From NCBI GenBank assembly GCA_028023455.1, contig JAQFVV010000006.1, positions 13,764,001-13,828,000 of the forward strand: a stretch of DNA of 64,000 bases, given 5' to 3'. The notes beneath the pieces were generated by a model that was given only the letters and a program-made list of their open reading frames with translations, did no database searches and was not told the DNA's origin. Both the position numbers and the translations under genes were made by a program. Of the stretch, positions 52,906 to 64,000 are shown piece after piece; position 1 is the first letter of the stretch, and every line of letters begins with the position of its first letter. Source of the stretch: Epiperipatus broadwayi. Lineage: Eukaryota > Animalia > Onychophora.

Positions 52906-53983
52906 ATGTTTAGTATTTGAATACTGCACTGTCAAATTACATTTCTACTTATTCAGTAGTAAAAGAGACTGAAAAGCTGAGAGTCTGTGAAATACTACTC
53001 ATTTGATAATAGCATGACTGGTCTGCTCACCATTTTGTTAAATTCCAAAATAATTTTCATGTAACACATTGCTCTCTGTGTGTGTATGTGGAACTGTATA
53101 TCAAGAGATAACAATGTTTGATAAGGAATCCCCATTTTTATATACATATTTATGTTAAATAACATTTCTAATAATACTTTCCAAACTGTATACATTAACA
53201 AAATCTTAATGGTGTTTAATTCTCTCTTACAGAAGACGTTTACCTATAGTTTCAAGATTATTCCTATCACAACACTCCTGACATATATCAGGAATAGGCC
53301 ATCTTACCAGCAAAAATTGAAGATTTCATTATATTATACCATTTTTTTTTTTTTACAGTCATGCTTTGACACTCACCCGGCCATTCCAGATTACTTAAGA
53401 GGAAAAATCTCCTTGTTTTACACCTGGAAAAAATTCGCAATGTTTGCTTAACAGCAATACTGCCAAATAGCATGATGTAAGCAAGGACCAAGTGAGGTCT
53501 TAAAAGTCTATTCAACTCTAAAGAGAGCCCAGATCACAGACATGGCTAGTAGATGGTCTACCCCTATGCTATAAGACTATGAATTTTATAAACTATTATT
53601 AGTATTTACTGATTACTCAAGTTACAATAAAAGACAGCATTAAGGTAATATAAATTGTTTCCTCCTACAAAGCATCGTACAGTGTTGGCAGCCATATGCT
53701 GCTTTTTGATTTTGTCAATGTATACGCTTTATATTAAGTATATATTATTTGTAATTTTTATTGACTATATATACATAATTCACACTTACAGCTTTTCTTC
53801 AGCTATTTGGTGTATTATTTTTGCTTTCCAACATAAGAGCACCCTAACTTTATATTTTGCATAAAGCCCCAAGAACTGACAAACATGGTACTCAAATGGT
53901 TCCAAATGTTCAGCGGTTGGCAAAAATTAATATTAAAAAAATATTTTTTTAATTTAAAAAAAGAAAATGACAAAAATACTAAC

Positions 53984-56811
53984 CTATAACTATTTCTCCT
54001 CATATTTTGAGACTTATTGGCAAGAATGGACACAGGAACAGGTACAGGTTTATTAGTATTGTCTTTTTCTTTTAATCCACTAGAAGGTGCTACATTCTCA
54101 GAAGTAGCATTTTTTCCCAGAATTCCCTCTGTGTAAGAGTTTCGCTGTGGTTTTAATGGTTGTATTGTATTGCTGGATGTATGCTCTTTTAAAATACTGT
54201 TGGAGGAATCAACTGACAGTGGACGCATTGATGGTTTGATAAAGACATCTGAATCACAAACCCTTCGCATTAATCCTGCAGAAGGTTTAGCATCAGTGAC
54301 ACTGCTAGTGCTACTGACAGATGAACTACGACTCACTGTTCCTGGTTGAGACTGTTTAGCTGCATTTTCCAGGGATTCAATCAAACTTTTGACTGACAGC
54401 TGATTTCCTCCACTTTGGTTACTACCAAGTCTTTGTCTCTGACCTCGTAAAACATCAAGTTCACGTTCAACTGACTTTAAAAGAACTTTCCCTTTAGAAT
54501 CCATGCTGGGCATACTAGGGAAGGGATTACTCATAGTCCGACTCAGCTGCTTAGGTGAGGGTATCTGCTTTTTGGCTTTCGCCTTTTCTAATTCAGATGA
54601 AAGGTATTCTATTTTCGATTGTAATGTTTGCTTTTCTTCAGAAAGCTTTTCCATATCTTGCTGAACTTCGGTTTTAAAATCGTTCGCCACCTTCACCGTG
54701 ACCAGCAGGTCCTTCTCGAAATGCTTCCACTCACTAGTATCCAGCTCTATCTGCTTCTTCAAATCTGTCATATTTCTTTCAAAACGTTTTTTCTGTTCTT
54801 CTGACTGTTCAATAGCTTTTTTCAATTCGGAAATATTTGCTTTAAGTTCTCGCTTATCCTCTAAATGACGCTGACATTTCTTTTCAAGTTCCAGTATCAT
54901 GTCACGATAATCTTCAATTTCTCGATGCAACACTTCCTTTTCAGCCTGTTGCCTTTCAATTTTATACTCCAAATCAGAAATTTGTTTTTTGGCATTATTT
55001 TTAGACACTTTGTGTTCTTCCTCCTCGACAGAAAGATTTTCACGTAATTTATTGATCTCACACTGGCTCAATGCAAGAGATTCTTGTAAAGTTGCCATAG
55101 TGGATTCGGCTTTATCTTTTTCTTTTCTTGCCATATCTAAAAGTTCGTCAAGTTCAGTTTTGTCACCCATCTTCTGCTGGTACTGCTGCAGCTCCTCTAT
55201 TTTGGCTTTAGCATTGTCCAATAATGTTTTGAGGCGGGTTATCTCAATTTGATCATTAGATACAGTCTCACGGCTTTCGTTCAATTGTTTTTCTAATAGA
55301 CGTTTATCAGCATTTGCACATTCAACACTGCTTTCTAAAAAACGAATTTTATCTTTAAAAGTTTCTGTAGATTGTCGGGCATCTTTAGCACACTCTTCAG
55401 ATCCCTGCAAAATGGCACGAAGTTCCTCCTGTTTAGACAACAGTTCTGCTCTTTCTTCATGAGCACTTTTTAGCAATTCTACTAAGCGCTGTTCTCTGTC
55501 AGTTTTCCCAGGTGTTCCAGTCACCATTTCAACATCCCCAGTTGGTCTTAATAAAAGAGCTTTCAAATTTTCAATTTGTGTTCTACACTGTTCTAGTTTT
55601 TCGGTTTGGTTACAGAGAGATTCCATAAGTACAGCCTTCTCTTCATTTAACCTATCATTTTCATTTGTTAACTCTGATACAGCATCTTGCAGATCTGTCA
55701 ATTCTTGTAATGTGGCTTGGAGCTCTTCACTTGTACTATAATGATGTTCTTCCATTTGTTGTATTCTGTCTTGCAAGCAAGCAACAGATAGTTCGCTTAA
55801 GCTACTACTACTCTGCTTATCCCAGTCAGACAATGGACGTTCTGGCGTATTAAAAATACCACCAGCTGCTTCTCCAATATCTGATGCACTTTCATCCAGT
55901 GTATCTGTACTACTAGGTGCCTTTGGTAAAATATCAGTCTTTAAAGTGCTACTTAACTGAGGATGTGATAGACCCGGACTAGCTCTATGCTCACCATTCC
56001 CAGGACTTGTTTCTCTCATTTCTGGACTACTACCTTTCTTTAACAGTCTTTCTTTTTCACTATCAGATAGTGTACTTTGATTCACTGAAATGCCAAGTTC
56101 TGCCAGACGATCTTTTAGCATCTGATTTTCATGCCTAAGCTGATCATTCTCCTTACAAATTCCTTCACTTGGCTCATGAGTTTTTAACTGATTGATTTCC
56201 ATTTTCAAAGTGGCTATTTCAGCTGTTTTTTGCTCTGCTTTCTTAACTAATTCGGAAATTTGTATTTCTAAAAGTTTTTTCTCTTTTTCCATTTCTGCCA
56301 TTGAAATTGGTAGTTTGGGTGGCATTTTTATCTCCGACACAGATGACCTTTTGGTCATTCGATACTCTTTACCAGAAATATTACTAATACTAGAGGTACG
56401 CTGAAATAAATTTGACATGGAGAATTTTGGTGTTCGTTTTCCTAAACGATCTTTGATGTTAAGATTTTCTTTGTTCACACTTGTTTTTGATTCGTCTTTG
56501 GTCAATTTTGGGACTCCAACTATGGAACGAGGTCTAGGCGTTGTAATCGCAGAGTTAGCTCGCCTCCTGGCAACAGTTCCAGAAGCAAGATTGTCGTGAC
56601 TCTTGCTAAGAAAGGTCTTAGTTATCGGTTTACTTTTTTTTATAGAAGTACCATTAGCATCTGGATTTTTCGGAAGACTAGAATCAATTCTTGGTCTTTT
56701 TTCTCCTAATTTGTTAGAATTTGAAATTACAGATCGACTTTGTTTAGATGATCCAATAGGAGGTTTGTTTTGAGGGACTGGAGAACTTTTAGTAAGTTTG
56801 GAATGTTTCAT
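53984..56811 (-). CDS. SPECC1L: Cytospin-A/SPECC1L-like, large coding exon (exon spans 53984-56868; probable ATG at 56811)
   Basis: The 1017-aa ORF has a Ser/Lys-rich N-terminus, the motif SELSVACLQDRIQQMEEHHYSTSEELQATLQEL and a long coiled coil containing EWKHFEKDLLVTVKVANDFKTE. A poly-T/AG acceptor lies at 56870-56869 and a GTTAGT donor at 53983 after RRNSY-AG (phase 2). The ORF-track TTG start and the tail after 53984 are intronic artefacts. Confidence 0.9.
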
Positions 56812-58850
56812 CTTCGAGGAAGACTCGTCGGAATTCCTCAGACACGATAAAAGAAATCGAGCAGCCAACTAAAAAAAAGAAAAAGAAATAAATCAATTAT
56901 TACATCATCTAATTTTTATAATAAATAATGGCAATAAGTATTTAAAAACATACAGACAAATTTTATTGATATTATAATTAAAAGACAGTACACACAGTAG
57001 AACAATGAAAGAGAAAGAATGACCACGGCAGCCAATTTTTTGAATAAAGTTTAAACTCAATCCTTGTTTTAGCCGCCAAATAAAATTAACTAATCATTTT
57101 TTGACCAATGTTGAATTGACTATGAGACATTTACCTGAAGGAAAAATTCCAAGCCTATCTGAAATTTGAAAAAAAAATTCCACGTTTCAACTGCCCTGAT
57201 TCGAAACCAAGTCATGAACATAGCAGGCAAATAAATGCCATTACCAACCATAAAAATGTAATAAACAAAAGTAAATTCAGCATCCAATTATCTAACAAAT
57301 GGAATATGTAAATGGATTAATTTAAATAAAAATGCATGCATAATTACAGTATAAATAAAGCAACAGCCAATAATTAATTTTAGAGAGCTACGATTATGGT
57401 GAAGTTCACCGAAAGTGCACTCAGTTTTTGGTCATAAAGAAAGAAATCACTTCATTACACACACATGAACAAATGTTTGCAAATTTGAATATATTACTTA
57501 CTATACAATTTTTAACAATTACACACAACTGTCTGCAAGCGACTGCTTGTTTGCAAGGCAGCTGTGCTGACCTCTCGGCTACCAACGCTTGACTAATAAC
57601 TTCTTGTTGGCCAATCTTTACTTTAAAACAATTAAATGCTCTTTTTTTTTCTTTTTTTTTTTTTACATTCTGCTTTCTAAATTTAAAACCAAATATGTAC
57701 TTCTAATTATATGTTTGATTATTTTCACCAATTAATTGAATTGTTAATTTTTTTTTTTAAAGAAAAATTCAAACTTTATTTATACTTCTTCACACACATT
57801 AATCGATTAGGTAATAACACAAAGGTCAGTGTAAAGCTCTGCATTTCTACAGGTATTCTTCAAGAGATGCTGGTCTGACCTGTAACAGCAGTAGCATGGG
57901 AATTGAACCAGTGACCTCCAGATTCATGAATACTGAATTGAACATGATTCTCTAACCAACTAGGTTATTCTATCAAAGGTAGAATTACTATACAACATGG
58001 ATGTTTGTCTAGGGCCGATGGTGTTTCTGAAGTATTCTTTTTATTCTCCAGCACAGGTCTGCTGCTTCTTCGAGGAGCAATTTTTGAACGATTTCTTCAG
58101 TTGCTGTCATTATGTCTATTAGATGGTACGATGACAAAATTTAATTCTTTTCCCAAAACAGAGGTTTTGTAATCCATAGATATTTGGAATTAAGATTTTA
58201 AAGTGCTACAGTTGCTAGGCTAGTTGATTAGAACTTTAGCTTAAATTCAATATTCACATATCTGAAGATCACTAGTACTACTCATGCTAGTATTGTCATT
58301 AATCAAATAAGCAACACCTGAAGAGGAGAAGAATACCACTCAAAATGTTAATGTTCTAATCTAGCCTAAATGTTATTACTAAAAGTTGAATATATTTAGC
58401 GAAGTATAAATAAAACAGGATTTTTTCTAAAACTATTTAACAATTCGACTACATGATGAGGAATATCCCCACATGCGGCTACAATGAAAATGCCATAACA
58501 TCCTGAATGTTTAGACAAATATGAATATACAATGTGTATAAGTTTGTTAGAAATAAATATCAGTAAAAATCTATGGTTATTTCCATTCAATTTTTCTCAA
58601 TAATTATAATCCTTTGGGTTAAGGCATTTATGTCGAAATATTCTAAAGCAATTTTAAATGCAATCAAAACAAATACTGTATAACAAATACTTCCCGCAGA
58701 CACATTTATAAATCTGTAGAGAAATAATACTAGTAATTTGACAAAGTTAAACATCAAATTAAAAGAAGCTATTTTAATCTCAAATCTAATAACTAAACTA
58801 TAAGAATATAAAGGGGTAAAAAATCTTAATACAGGTTTATAATTTTCCAA

Positions 58851-58920
58851 GGCTTGCATGGTGTAATGGTAGCATGCCTACCTGCATCACAAAAACCCGA
58901 GTTCAAATCTGTTCAGATAA
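58851..58920 (+). mobile_element. tRNA-derived SINE head (related remnants at about 57190-57250, 57490-57600, 57895-57960, 61425-61500)
   Basis: A box TGGTGTAATGG and B box GAGTTCAAATC. No complete cloverleaf. Confidence 0.45.
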
Positions 58921-59039
58921 AGCTCATTTTTTCAGGTTTCAATAAGGTTTATGAATTTTCTTTCTGATAGCAGACCCGTAACCACCTCACTTTATCATCC
59001 AATGTTGGTTGGTAAATGGATAACTATTATTAGCTAGGT

Positions 59040-59371
59040 CAGGGATCTCCAACCTTTTTGCACTTAAGAGCACATTCTATAATACCGGCCAGGTGGCGGG
59101 TACCATTTATTTTTTCAATGTAAATTTATAATTGAATATTGTTAATAATACACATAATGTACAAAAAAATATTTATTTCAAAAATAAAATTTTAACATAT
59201 AATTAACGTTTATATTTTTACACTGTAAAAGTATAGTATGCCCTACAATTTGATTACAATATTAATTTGTATCAGATAAATAATTTTTTCTTGTGTTTGG
59301 ATAGCGGCGGGCATACGTAAAATGGGCTGCATGCACCATGGTGCCCGCGGGCGTAAGGTTGGGGACCCCTG
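59040..59371. mobile_element. hAT (Charlie-like) MITE
   Basis: TIRs CAGGGATCTCCAACCT / AGGTTGGGGACCCCTG with an exact 8-bp TSD AGCTAGGT. Confidence 0.9.
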
Positions 59372-59547
59372 AGCTAGGTGGTAAAAAATATGAAATACCG
59401 TTCAAACTCATTACACAGAAACTACTAAGTCAGATGAGCACAACTTCCTCTCTCACTATTCTCTATGCAAACCTGTTAAAGAGGATTTTTCTTTGCAGAT
59501 GGTTATTTGACAAATGTTTTGACTTTTTGTCTATCTTATTAAATTAA

Positions 59548-59874
59548 AGTGGAAGTTACTGTAAACCACAGCGACCTATATATAAACTAATACAAACTCA
59601 TCAATAAATGAAAAAGTACAGAGTGAACTCATCTGTCTTTAGCCCGAACCATATTTAAGCATTCAATTTATTGACATGTCATAACAAAGAGCATGAATTA
59701 TGCATGTTAACGTGATTTTCCGTATGATTGAAAGCCATCCTGAAATGCTTAAATATAATCCAAGCTAAAGTACGGGTGGATCGTTCCTGTTTTGTTTTGT
59801 TTGTTTGTTTTGTTTCTTGGTGGATTTCTATTAGTTTATACGTAGTTCGTTAGGGATTTACAGTAACTTCCGCT
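59548..59874. mobile_element. TTAA-flanked MITE (Kolobok-like termini)
   Basis: TTAA|AGTGGAAGTTACTGTAAA ... TTTACAGTAACTTCCGCT|TTAA, with long imperfect TIRs. Confidence 0.7.
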
Positions 59875-60100
59875 TTAATTTCATTTATGTTGAGCTATTA
59901 TTATTTATATTTAAGCTTACAACATTGTATTATAAAATACAAATTTAAAATATTTAAACCATAATAAAATATAAAAATTGTATTCAACAAGAGTGTGTGG
60001 ACAATTAACAAATAAAACGGTACCAAACTTAAAAAAACCACTACTCCAGATTTCCGAAGCGGAGCATCTTTATCAAAACAAGACTATAATTAATTGTCAA

Positions 60101-60172
60101 GCATTGGTGGCCTAGCGGTTAACATAGCTGCCTTCCAAGCAGCTGGCCCGGATTCGCTTCCCGGTCAACGCT
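60101..60172 (+). pseudogene. tRNA-Gly(TCC) retrocopy or short SINE
   Basis: Anticodon arm GCTGCCTTCCAAGCAG is intact; the D and T arms carry mismatches. The insert 60096-60195 has an A-rich tail and a 16-bp TSD AAGACTATAATTAATT. Confidence 0.75.
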
Positions 60173-61644
60173 TTGACATATAAGAAGAAGAAAAAAAGAC
60201 TATAATTAATTTTAGCAAACCTAAATATATATGCCAATATAAATTGAAACCACCAGTTGTTGATAAGAGTATTAACAGATTTTTTCTAATCAATTAATTA
60301 ACCATTATAAATTGAAACACCACTTCTCATATAAGAAGATTGCTATTAATAACATTAACTAGTTTCCTTCTCAAGTTCAAAAAGTACAGAATAATATATA
60401 ATGTTGTTTTTAGCTCTTTGTATAAATGATCAAGCTGAGGTATTGTGGATTAAATTTGCTCATCTTACCATACTATTTAGTATTTCCAATCTGGAAATCA
60501 TGGGCATAAAGCAACTGTATTTTATTTATCATTATTTTTAAGCTTATTCTTAGAATTATTTATTCATAAATTGATTATTTTTCTGAGCAAATTAGGAATA
60601 TAGGACGTATCAATCCATTATTTAACAATAAACGTTCTATCTATTATGATCATATATAATCAAAACACATTTATAAAAATGTTATACTTGATACGACATT
60701 CAAAATTCATCTTATATTTTGCGTTTAATTATTAAAATATGCCAATTTGATACCCAAAAAAAGGGGAGGGGGAGGAAAAGGATCGATCATTGTAAGATCT
60801 GTAAATAAGAAAAATTCTCACAAATTCGGGAATGATTCTATAATTCTTGCCATGCAGATGGCATCCCAAATTTGCCACCTCTTTCCTGCCAAAAATTATA
60901 TCTATTTTATCTTGGCATTAAAATATGTACAACTTAATAATAAACAAAATTAATAATATAAAATATTCTAATTTGCAACGCATCACATAACTAAACACTC
61001 AACATATGAAACTTACAAACTATATTGTTATATATTCCTAGCATTTTTTTTTTTTTTACTGCAAACTATTCAACAATATAGGAAACACCTATATTGTCGG
61101 CCGTTTTCTGTTATTCTGTGCTAATGAAATTCGAACTAGGTCATCTATGTTGAATTCTAACATGAATAAGTTAAAGTTGTCAGATGATCAAATTCAATCT
61201 CCTAAAATTGATTCGTTTTGGAAATGGTTTTTGGACAATTTATTCTATAAATCTAAACAATATTTCGTAGTTGATTTTCTGACTACGATAGTGATTGTGT
61301 AGATCATTTAAATGAAAGTTTTGTGTGGAAATAAAAACCTTTTCATAATGTATTTCTAAAAAATCATACAGATTGTCCTCGACTTGTGTAAAAATTCTAT
61401 TTCTTTACTTGTTCATGTCAAAGCATCGGCCGGGAAGCGAACCCGCAACAACTGTCTGCCCTTGCAAGACACCTGCGCTGACTTCTCGGCTACCAATCGT
61501 GTGCATATTTATCCTTATCAACAATGCTAAATATGAAAATATTTTTTAACAATAGATAATAATAAGCACTACATTTAGAGATGTTCACATACAAAAAAAA
61601 AAAAAAAAGAGTTTGCATTTTAATATACCACAAATATTATTTAC

Positions 61645-63181
61645 TATATAGGGTATATGAGCACAGACTTTCACATGACCCACCACTCTCCACTCTATCT
61701 AATAACACTGATGCACTTAAACACATATATGCTGAAAAGATAAATAATCACCAATATACGTATTTCATGCTAAACCAGCAATCATCAGTTGGTCCAGATT
61801 ATCATCTCCCACACATATATATTATAAGTGCTCAGATATATATTAAGATAGACAATCTTCATACTTTAATGGACAGGCTTCAATCTACTCCATACTCCAA
61901 CTCTTCAACCGTCCATCCAATTGAAAATCTGATGATGGAATGCTCAAAGGCCACCCTGAGGGTGAGATTCTTGTCACACCCATGTTAACCTAAGGTCAAT
62001 CTGAACCCCACATGTACAGGACATAATCCATTTAATACATATGCAAGGATGGGCAGACATCTCTATAATATAATAACTGAAACACAGGCTTATTATATAC
62101 CTGTGTCTATATATATGTAATATATAGGGTATATGAGCACAGACTTTCACATGACCCGCCACTCTCCACTCTATCTAATAACACTGATACACTTAAACAC
62201 ATATATGCTGAAAAGATAAATAATCACCAATATACATATTTCAAGTTAAACCAGCAATCATCAGTTGGTCCAGATTATCATCTCCCACACATATATACTA
62301 TGTCACACATGGGTGTGACAAGAATCTCGGCCTCAGGGTGGCCTTTGAGCATTCCATAATCAGATTTTCAATTGGATGGACAGTTGAAGAGTTGGAGTGT
62401 AGAGTAGATTGAAGCCTATCCGTTAAGTATGAAGATTGTCTATCTTAAACCACTAAACATCACATGATCACTATCTCATACTAGCACATAATTGTTATTA
62501 AACAATTCAAAACAAAGCAAAGCTCTCCATATAGTAGTGCCATCTTGTGCTAATAAGAGCATTCAATGGATTCCAGAAGGCATGTGCATAAAATCCCTAT
62601 CTAGTGCCTACTCATCCAAGATCCCCAGACTAGTTTCTGGCTTGTGGCTTTCATCAGTGAGGAGCCTTGGATCTGAGAGCACTGCACCTAGATCTTAGGA
62701 TCTAATGCAACTCTCCAGCAGTTACCTTTTAACTCTATTTAACTACAAAACTATGAGAATGAAATTGAAAACACAATATTTTCAATCCAAGCTCAATAGC
62801 TTATATAGTCATGTGGGTCTGAACCAATTCAGCACCCATACATTTTGGTGTCTTTGGCTCTTTAACAACCATAGCCACCACTATCCTACTAGGCAGGATT
62901 GGTGTTAAACCACTAAACATCACATGATCACTATCTCATATTAGCACATAATTGTTAGTAAACAATTCAAAACAAAGCAAAACTCTCCATATAGTAGCCA
63001 TCTTGTGCTAACAAGAGCAATCAATCCTGTCCATTAAAGTATGAAGATTGTCTATCTTAATATATATATATCTGAGCACTTATAGTATATATGTGTGGGA
63101 GATGATATTCTGGACCAATTGATGATTGCTGGTTTAGCATGAAATAAGGATATTGGTGATGATTTATCTTTTCAGCATACA
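61645..63181. repeat. Family C multimer (period 476 bp) plus inverted arm, with a nested family A multimer (62449-63025, period 460 bp)
   Basis: Intact C hammerhead at about 61750-61793 (minus). A hammerhead at 62614-62672 (minus). A duplication of about 34 bp flanks the A insert (62415-62448 / 63026-63060). Confidence 0.9.
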
Positions 63182-64000
63182 TGTTGAGCTGATATTTTAA
63201 GTCAGCTCATATATATATATATATAAGCTCACATATTTATAATTTGTCATAAATATTTTTGAAGTTAAATAGTTTGTAAAATGAAAAAAAGAATTAATTA
63301 ACAAATGGTTTTGATTTAATGGAAAGGGTAAAAATTTTGAACTTTTATTTTGAAATAAACAAATAAAATTGAATATAATTTATTAAAAAAAAAAAAATGT
63401 TAAAAGTGTTTAATTAAAAGGGAGAAAAATTCGAGAGATAAAAGGGTGGGGAAAAGAAAACAAAATTAGATTCTTGGTAGTAATTATACTCTATTGTTGA
63501 AACTTTCACAAAGTAAAAATATTTGGTTAGTAATTGCTATTACGCTAATTAAAAAAAAAGATAAGAAAGAGTGGAGATAAGATCGCTTTTAGAGAGATCA
63601 GTTGACTTGACTTTTAGAGACCAGCAAGGACAATAAAGAAAGCAGCTGTGTTTCAAACAATAAAAATTATTATTATTGAAAGTTAATTTTGCGGACTCTT
63701 GTCAAATGTATAGCGGCTAAAGTTATCACAACCTTCCCCTTTGGGGAATTGACCGCCACTCCATCTGAATGAAGCTATCGAGAGAGTTATGGAATGGAAG
63801 AAACGGATATTGCTAGCCGGACAACCAAAGGAACACTCATGGAATTCGCATGTACAAGGACAAAGGCATGACCAATGGAATGTAAAACCTATGAAAATCA
63901 GGCCACTCCGCTCTGATCGATCAGGGTAATTATAAACTTTTAATTAATGAGAACTCTAAGTAAAGCGTAATAGAACTTTATCTTTAATTTAATTTTCATT
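63182..64000. mobile_element. Probable LTR start, running off the window
   Basis: A TG start interrupts a family C copy at a TA-rich site. It has a terminal hairpin (TGAGCTGA...TCAGCTCA) and an A-rich then GC-richer composition like the solo LTR. Confidence 0.5.

Larger units (their letters stand above)
1263..53983 (-). other. Putative 52.7-kb intron of the cytospin-A-like gene
   Basis: GT-AG ends and phase-compatible flanks give a continuous [14 protein letters not shown]. No convincing intervening exon was seen. Confidence 0.75.

Noticed and set aside
53377-53423. Possible cassette exon (ttccAG acceptor, strong CGG|GTGAGT donor) within ORF 53288-53515
   Set aside because: The 47-nt exon enters in phase 2 but exits in phase 1, frameshifting the CH exon. 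The alternative acceptor at 53518 gives an immediate stop. It cannot be supported without RNA data.
61929-61945. Second CTGATGA in family C as an extra helix-II-less hammerhead
   Set aside because: It is followed by TGGAA(C/T)G rather than GAAA, and has no convincing helix I.
1-64000. CRISPR array, rRNA or prokaryotic operon
   Set aside because: None seen; the sequence is spliced eukaryotic DNA and the repeats lack repeat-spacer periodicity.

Overview
AT-rich animal (probably arthropod) genomic DNA. A cytospin-A/SPECC1L-like gene runs on the minus strand. A 2.9-kb coiled-coil exon (53984-56868) splices in phase, across an apparent 52.7-kb intron, to a 103-nt exon (1160-1262) that begins the C-terminal CH domain. 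The intron and upstream region are packed with mobile DNA: a young Ty3/gypsy LTR element with one in-frame stop, a solo LTR, a third LTR start, Tigger and mariner relics, RTE and other LINE fragments, hAT and TTAA MITEs, and tRNA-derived SINEs. The most striking content is at least five families (my labels A-E) of non-coding repeats, with tandem periods of 354-476 bp where measurable. Each family carries a type I hammerhead ribozyme motif with a palindromic helix III (roughly 30 intact or decayed cores counted by eye). They occur as head-to-tail multimers and as fold-back palindromes flanked by 7-15-bp target-site duplications (about 34 bp at one non-palindromic insertion), and they nest inside one another. 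This looks like a retrozyme or Penelope-pLTR-like system. Several near-intact ribozymes lie on the pre-mRNA sense strand. All alignments were done by eye; no database searches were run.
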